In this document: in pieces, positions 30,100 to 32,000 of the stretch
Layout: each line of letters starts with the position of its first letter
Numbering within the stretch: position 1 is the first letter of the stretch
DNA from: Buchnera aphidicola (Neophyllaphis podocarpi)
GTDB taxonomy: Bacteria > Pseudomonadota > Gammaproteobacteria > Enterobacterales > Enterobacteriaceae
Length of the DNA stretch: 32,000 bases
Direction: 5' to 3'
Assembly: GCF_964059055.1 (NCBI RefSeq)
Contig: NZ_OZ060386.1
Coordinates: 527,063-559,062, forward strand
Position numbers and translations under genes: made by a program
Notes under the pieces: generated by a model
Told to the model about the DNA's origin: nothing
The model's database searches: none
Seen by the model: only the letters and a program-made list of their open reading frames with translations

Positions 30100-30124
30100 A
30101 TAAAGATTATTTTTTCAATTTATA

Positions 30125-31435
30125 TTAGTCTTTTTGTTCCTTAAATTTTAAAAATATTTGTAATCCAAATATTGCAAGTTCTTTTTGTAAATAACTTTCT
30201 AAATATCTTTTATATGAATTATTTAAATTTTTTATATTTCTTCCATGTATTATTATAATTGATCTATTTGAAATTGATTGGTGCGCAAATTTTAATTTTG
30301 TTTTTTTTCCACTATTTATAGGTGGTTTGTGTTCTGTTGTTGCCTTTTTTATTATTTTAGTTATTTTATTTGGAGAAATTTTCATATTAATTAATTCATA
30401 TATTTTATTAATATATTTAAATATATTATTTATTCCTATATTCTCTTTTGCAGATATATATAATATTTTAATAAATTTTAAAAAATTAATTCTATTTTTT
30501 AATTTTTCTTTTATTTTTTCTTTTTCTTTTTCTTTAATTTTATCACATTTATTAATTAGTATAATTAGTCCTTTATTTAAACTTAAAACTAAATTTATTA
30601 TTTTAATTTCTTGTTTTGTTATTTCTTTTGTAGCGTCAATTAAGATAATTGATAAGTTTGATTTTTTTATTGAGTAAATCGTTTTTTTTATTGATTTTTT
30701 TTCTAATTCGTTTTTAATTTTGCTTTTTCTTTTTATTCCAGCTGTATCTATTAATATATATTTATTATTTTTAGTATAGTATTTTATTTCATTGTTATCT
30801 ACAGTACTTCCTGGTATTTTTGAGTGTATTAATCTATTTTCATCTTTAATAATACAATTTATTAATGTTGATTTACCAACATTAGGAATACCTATTATTG
30901 CTACTTTAATTTCTTTTTTAAATTCTATCTTTTTATTTTCTTGTTTAAATTTATAATTTTTTATTTTTTTAAATATTTTATCTATTCCTTTATTTTGAGT
31001 TGAAGATATAAAAAAAATATTACTATTGCCCAAATCAAAGAATTCATTATTAATATTTTCTTTTTTTATTTTATCTATTTTATTTATAATTAAAAATATA
31101 TTTTTATTTAATTTACGTAGTTTTTGAAGAAATGTTTTTTCTTTTTCTGTAATGTTTGTTCTTGCATCTAAAACAAACATTATTATATTTGATTCTTTTA
31201 TTGCTAAATTTAGTTGTTTATTAGTTTCTTTTAAAAATCTTTTATCAGAAAAATCTATTCCTATAGTGTCTATCAATATTATTCTTTTTTCTTTTATTTT
31301 TATAGTTCCATATTTTCTATCTCTGGTTAAGCCTCTAGTATTTCCTACTATTGATTTATCAGTTTTATTAAGTAGATTGAATAGAGTTGATTTACCTACA
31401 TTAGTTTTTCCAACAATAGCAATTATTGGTTTCAT
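30125..31435 (-). CDS. der: Ribosome-biogenesis GTPase Der (EngA), with two GTPase domains
   Basis: The 436-aa ORF has two G1 motifs (IVGKTNVGKSTLFN and IIGIPNVGKSTLIN), two DTxG motifs (DTIGI and DTAGI) and two NKxD motifs (NKID and NKCD). A KH-like C-terminal domain follows. Confidence 0.92.
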   Translation of the reverse strand: MKPIIAIVGKTNVGKSTLFNLLNKTDKSIVGNTRGLTRDRKYGTIKIKEKRIILIDTIGIDFSDKRFLKETNKQLNLAIKESNIIMFVLDARTNITEKEKTFLQKLRKLNKNIFLIINKIDKIKKENINNEFFDLGNSNIFFISSTQNKGIDKIFKKIKNYKFKQENKKIEFKKEIKVAIIGIPNVGKSTLINCIIKDENRLIHSKIPGSTVDNNEIKYYTKNNKYILIDTAGIKRKSKIKNELEKKSIKKTIYSIKKSNLSIILIDATKEITKQEIKIINLVLSLNKGLIILINKCDKIKEKEKEKIKEKLKNRINFLKFIKILYISAKENIGINNIFKYINKIYELINMKISPNKITKIIKKATTEHKPPINSGKKTKLKFAHQSISNRSIIIIHGRNIKNLNNSYKRYLESYLQKELAIFGLQIFLKFKEQKD

Positions 31436-31454
31436 ATTTTATTATATTCCAAAA

Positions 31455-32000
31455 TTATATTTCATTTATTTTTATTTTTGCTATCTCTTTTAATTTTATT
31501 TCGGTATTAGACTGTATGACTTTTTTAAATGACTCTATTGATTTATCAATTTCATCTCTTAATTTAAATATATCTCCTTTGAGATTTTCTTTTATTCCTA
31601 TCCATTCTAAGCTTTTTATTTTTTCTAAAGATATTAAAGCTTTATCTATCTTTTTTTCCTCTATTTGTATTTTTGCTAATCTAAAATTTATTATGTTTTT
31701 TAGATTTTCATCTGTAGTTATTTCTGAAGCATGAATTAATAAGTCTTCAGCTATTTTTATATTGTTAGCAGAAATATATTTTGGCACTTTATTTACTATT
31801 AGAATTGATATATCACTGTTTTTACTTTTTAACATATATTCTAAAAAATTTTTTTCATTTTTATCTTTTTGATTTTTGATTTCTATATTTTCTTTCTTTA
31901 ATTTTTCATTGCTGCCTATTTTTTGAGTTTTTACAAAACCAATAAATATAATTATTAATACAATAATAATTGTGATGATTATGTATTTTTTATTTTTCAA
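31455..32000 (-). CDS. yfgM: YfgM-family membrane protein (ancillary SecYEG translocon subunit); the 5' end is probably cut by the window edge
   Basis: The ORF has an N-terminal TM helix (YIIITIIIVLIIIFIGF). Its C-terminal part is collinear with E. coli YfgM (LKNIINFRLAKIQIE..ALISLEKIK...W......LKGDI, ending ..MKINEI). The ORF reaches base 32000 and the first codon in the window is TTG, so the real start may lie beyond the window. It sits directly upstream of der. Confidence 0.75.
   Translation of the reverse strand: MKNKKYIIITIIIVLIIIFIGFVKTQKIGSNEKLKKENIEIKNQKDKNEKNFLEYMLKSKNSDISILIVNKVPKYISANNIKIAEDLLIHASEITTDENLKNIINFRLAKIQIEEKKIDKALISLEKIKSLEWIGIKENLKGDIFKLRDEIDKSIESFKKVIQSNTEIKLKEIAKIKINEI

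Noticed and set aside
30327-31734. Three plus-strand ORFs of 102-116 aa (30327..30677, 31152..31493, 31426..31734) opposite der and yfgM, which look membrane-protein-like
   Set aside because: Their Phe/Ile/Leu richness is the mirror image of the poly-Lys/Asn/Glu coding strand of der and yfgM. The der frame carries two complete GTPase motif sets. These are classic antisense artifacts in an AT-rich genome.
1-32000. Scan for a mobile element, prophage, CRISPR array, toxin-antitoxin pair, defence or secretion island, or any novel multi-gene system
   Set aside because: Every ORF of substantial length is a recognisable housekeeping gene in conserved enterobacterial order. There are no transposase or integrase genes, no spaced direct-repeat arrays, and no orphan gene cluster. 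The only unexplained structures are the inverted repeats reported in the findings.

Overview
The window is very AT-rich and densely packed with housekeeping genes. Gene order follows E. coli blocks (mtlAD, ftsN-hslVU, dapF/cyaY, trxA-rho, ilvDC, iscSU-hscBA-fdx, yfgM-der) with many genes deleted between them. This is the pattern of an obligate insect endosymbiont with a reduced genome, and the gene set and order look like Buchnera aphidicola. That assignment comes from my memory of the organism, not from a database search. I support 30 CDS (two cut by the window edges), 5 tRNAs and a few hairpin or terminator elements. I found no mobile element, CRISPR array, defence island or other accessory multi-gene system, so this is core genome. 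Three things stand out. (1) A perfect 252-bp palindrome (17715..17966) has one arm made of the last 25 codons of rho plus its 51-nt 3' flank. The other arm is an exact inverted copy lying between rho and the Arg-His-Pro tRNA cluster. (2) A perfect 43-bp-stem hairpin (6279..6369) lies downstream of rpmE. (3) A 71-aa ORF sits upstream of hslV, at the position of ftsN. It keeps only a transmembrane helix and a clear match to the essential FtsN peptide (PPKPxxxWxYIxEL), with no cytoplasmic tail and no SPOR domain. Smaller observations are a three-segment alternative-hairpin element between ilvC and rep, a WCNPC thioredoxin active site, a stripped isc operon, tRNA genes without encoded CCA, and in-frame A9-A10 tracts inside CDS.
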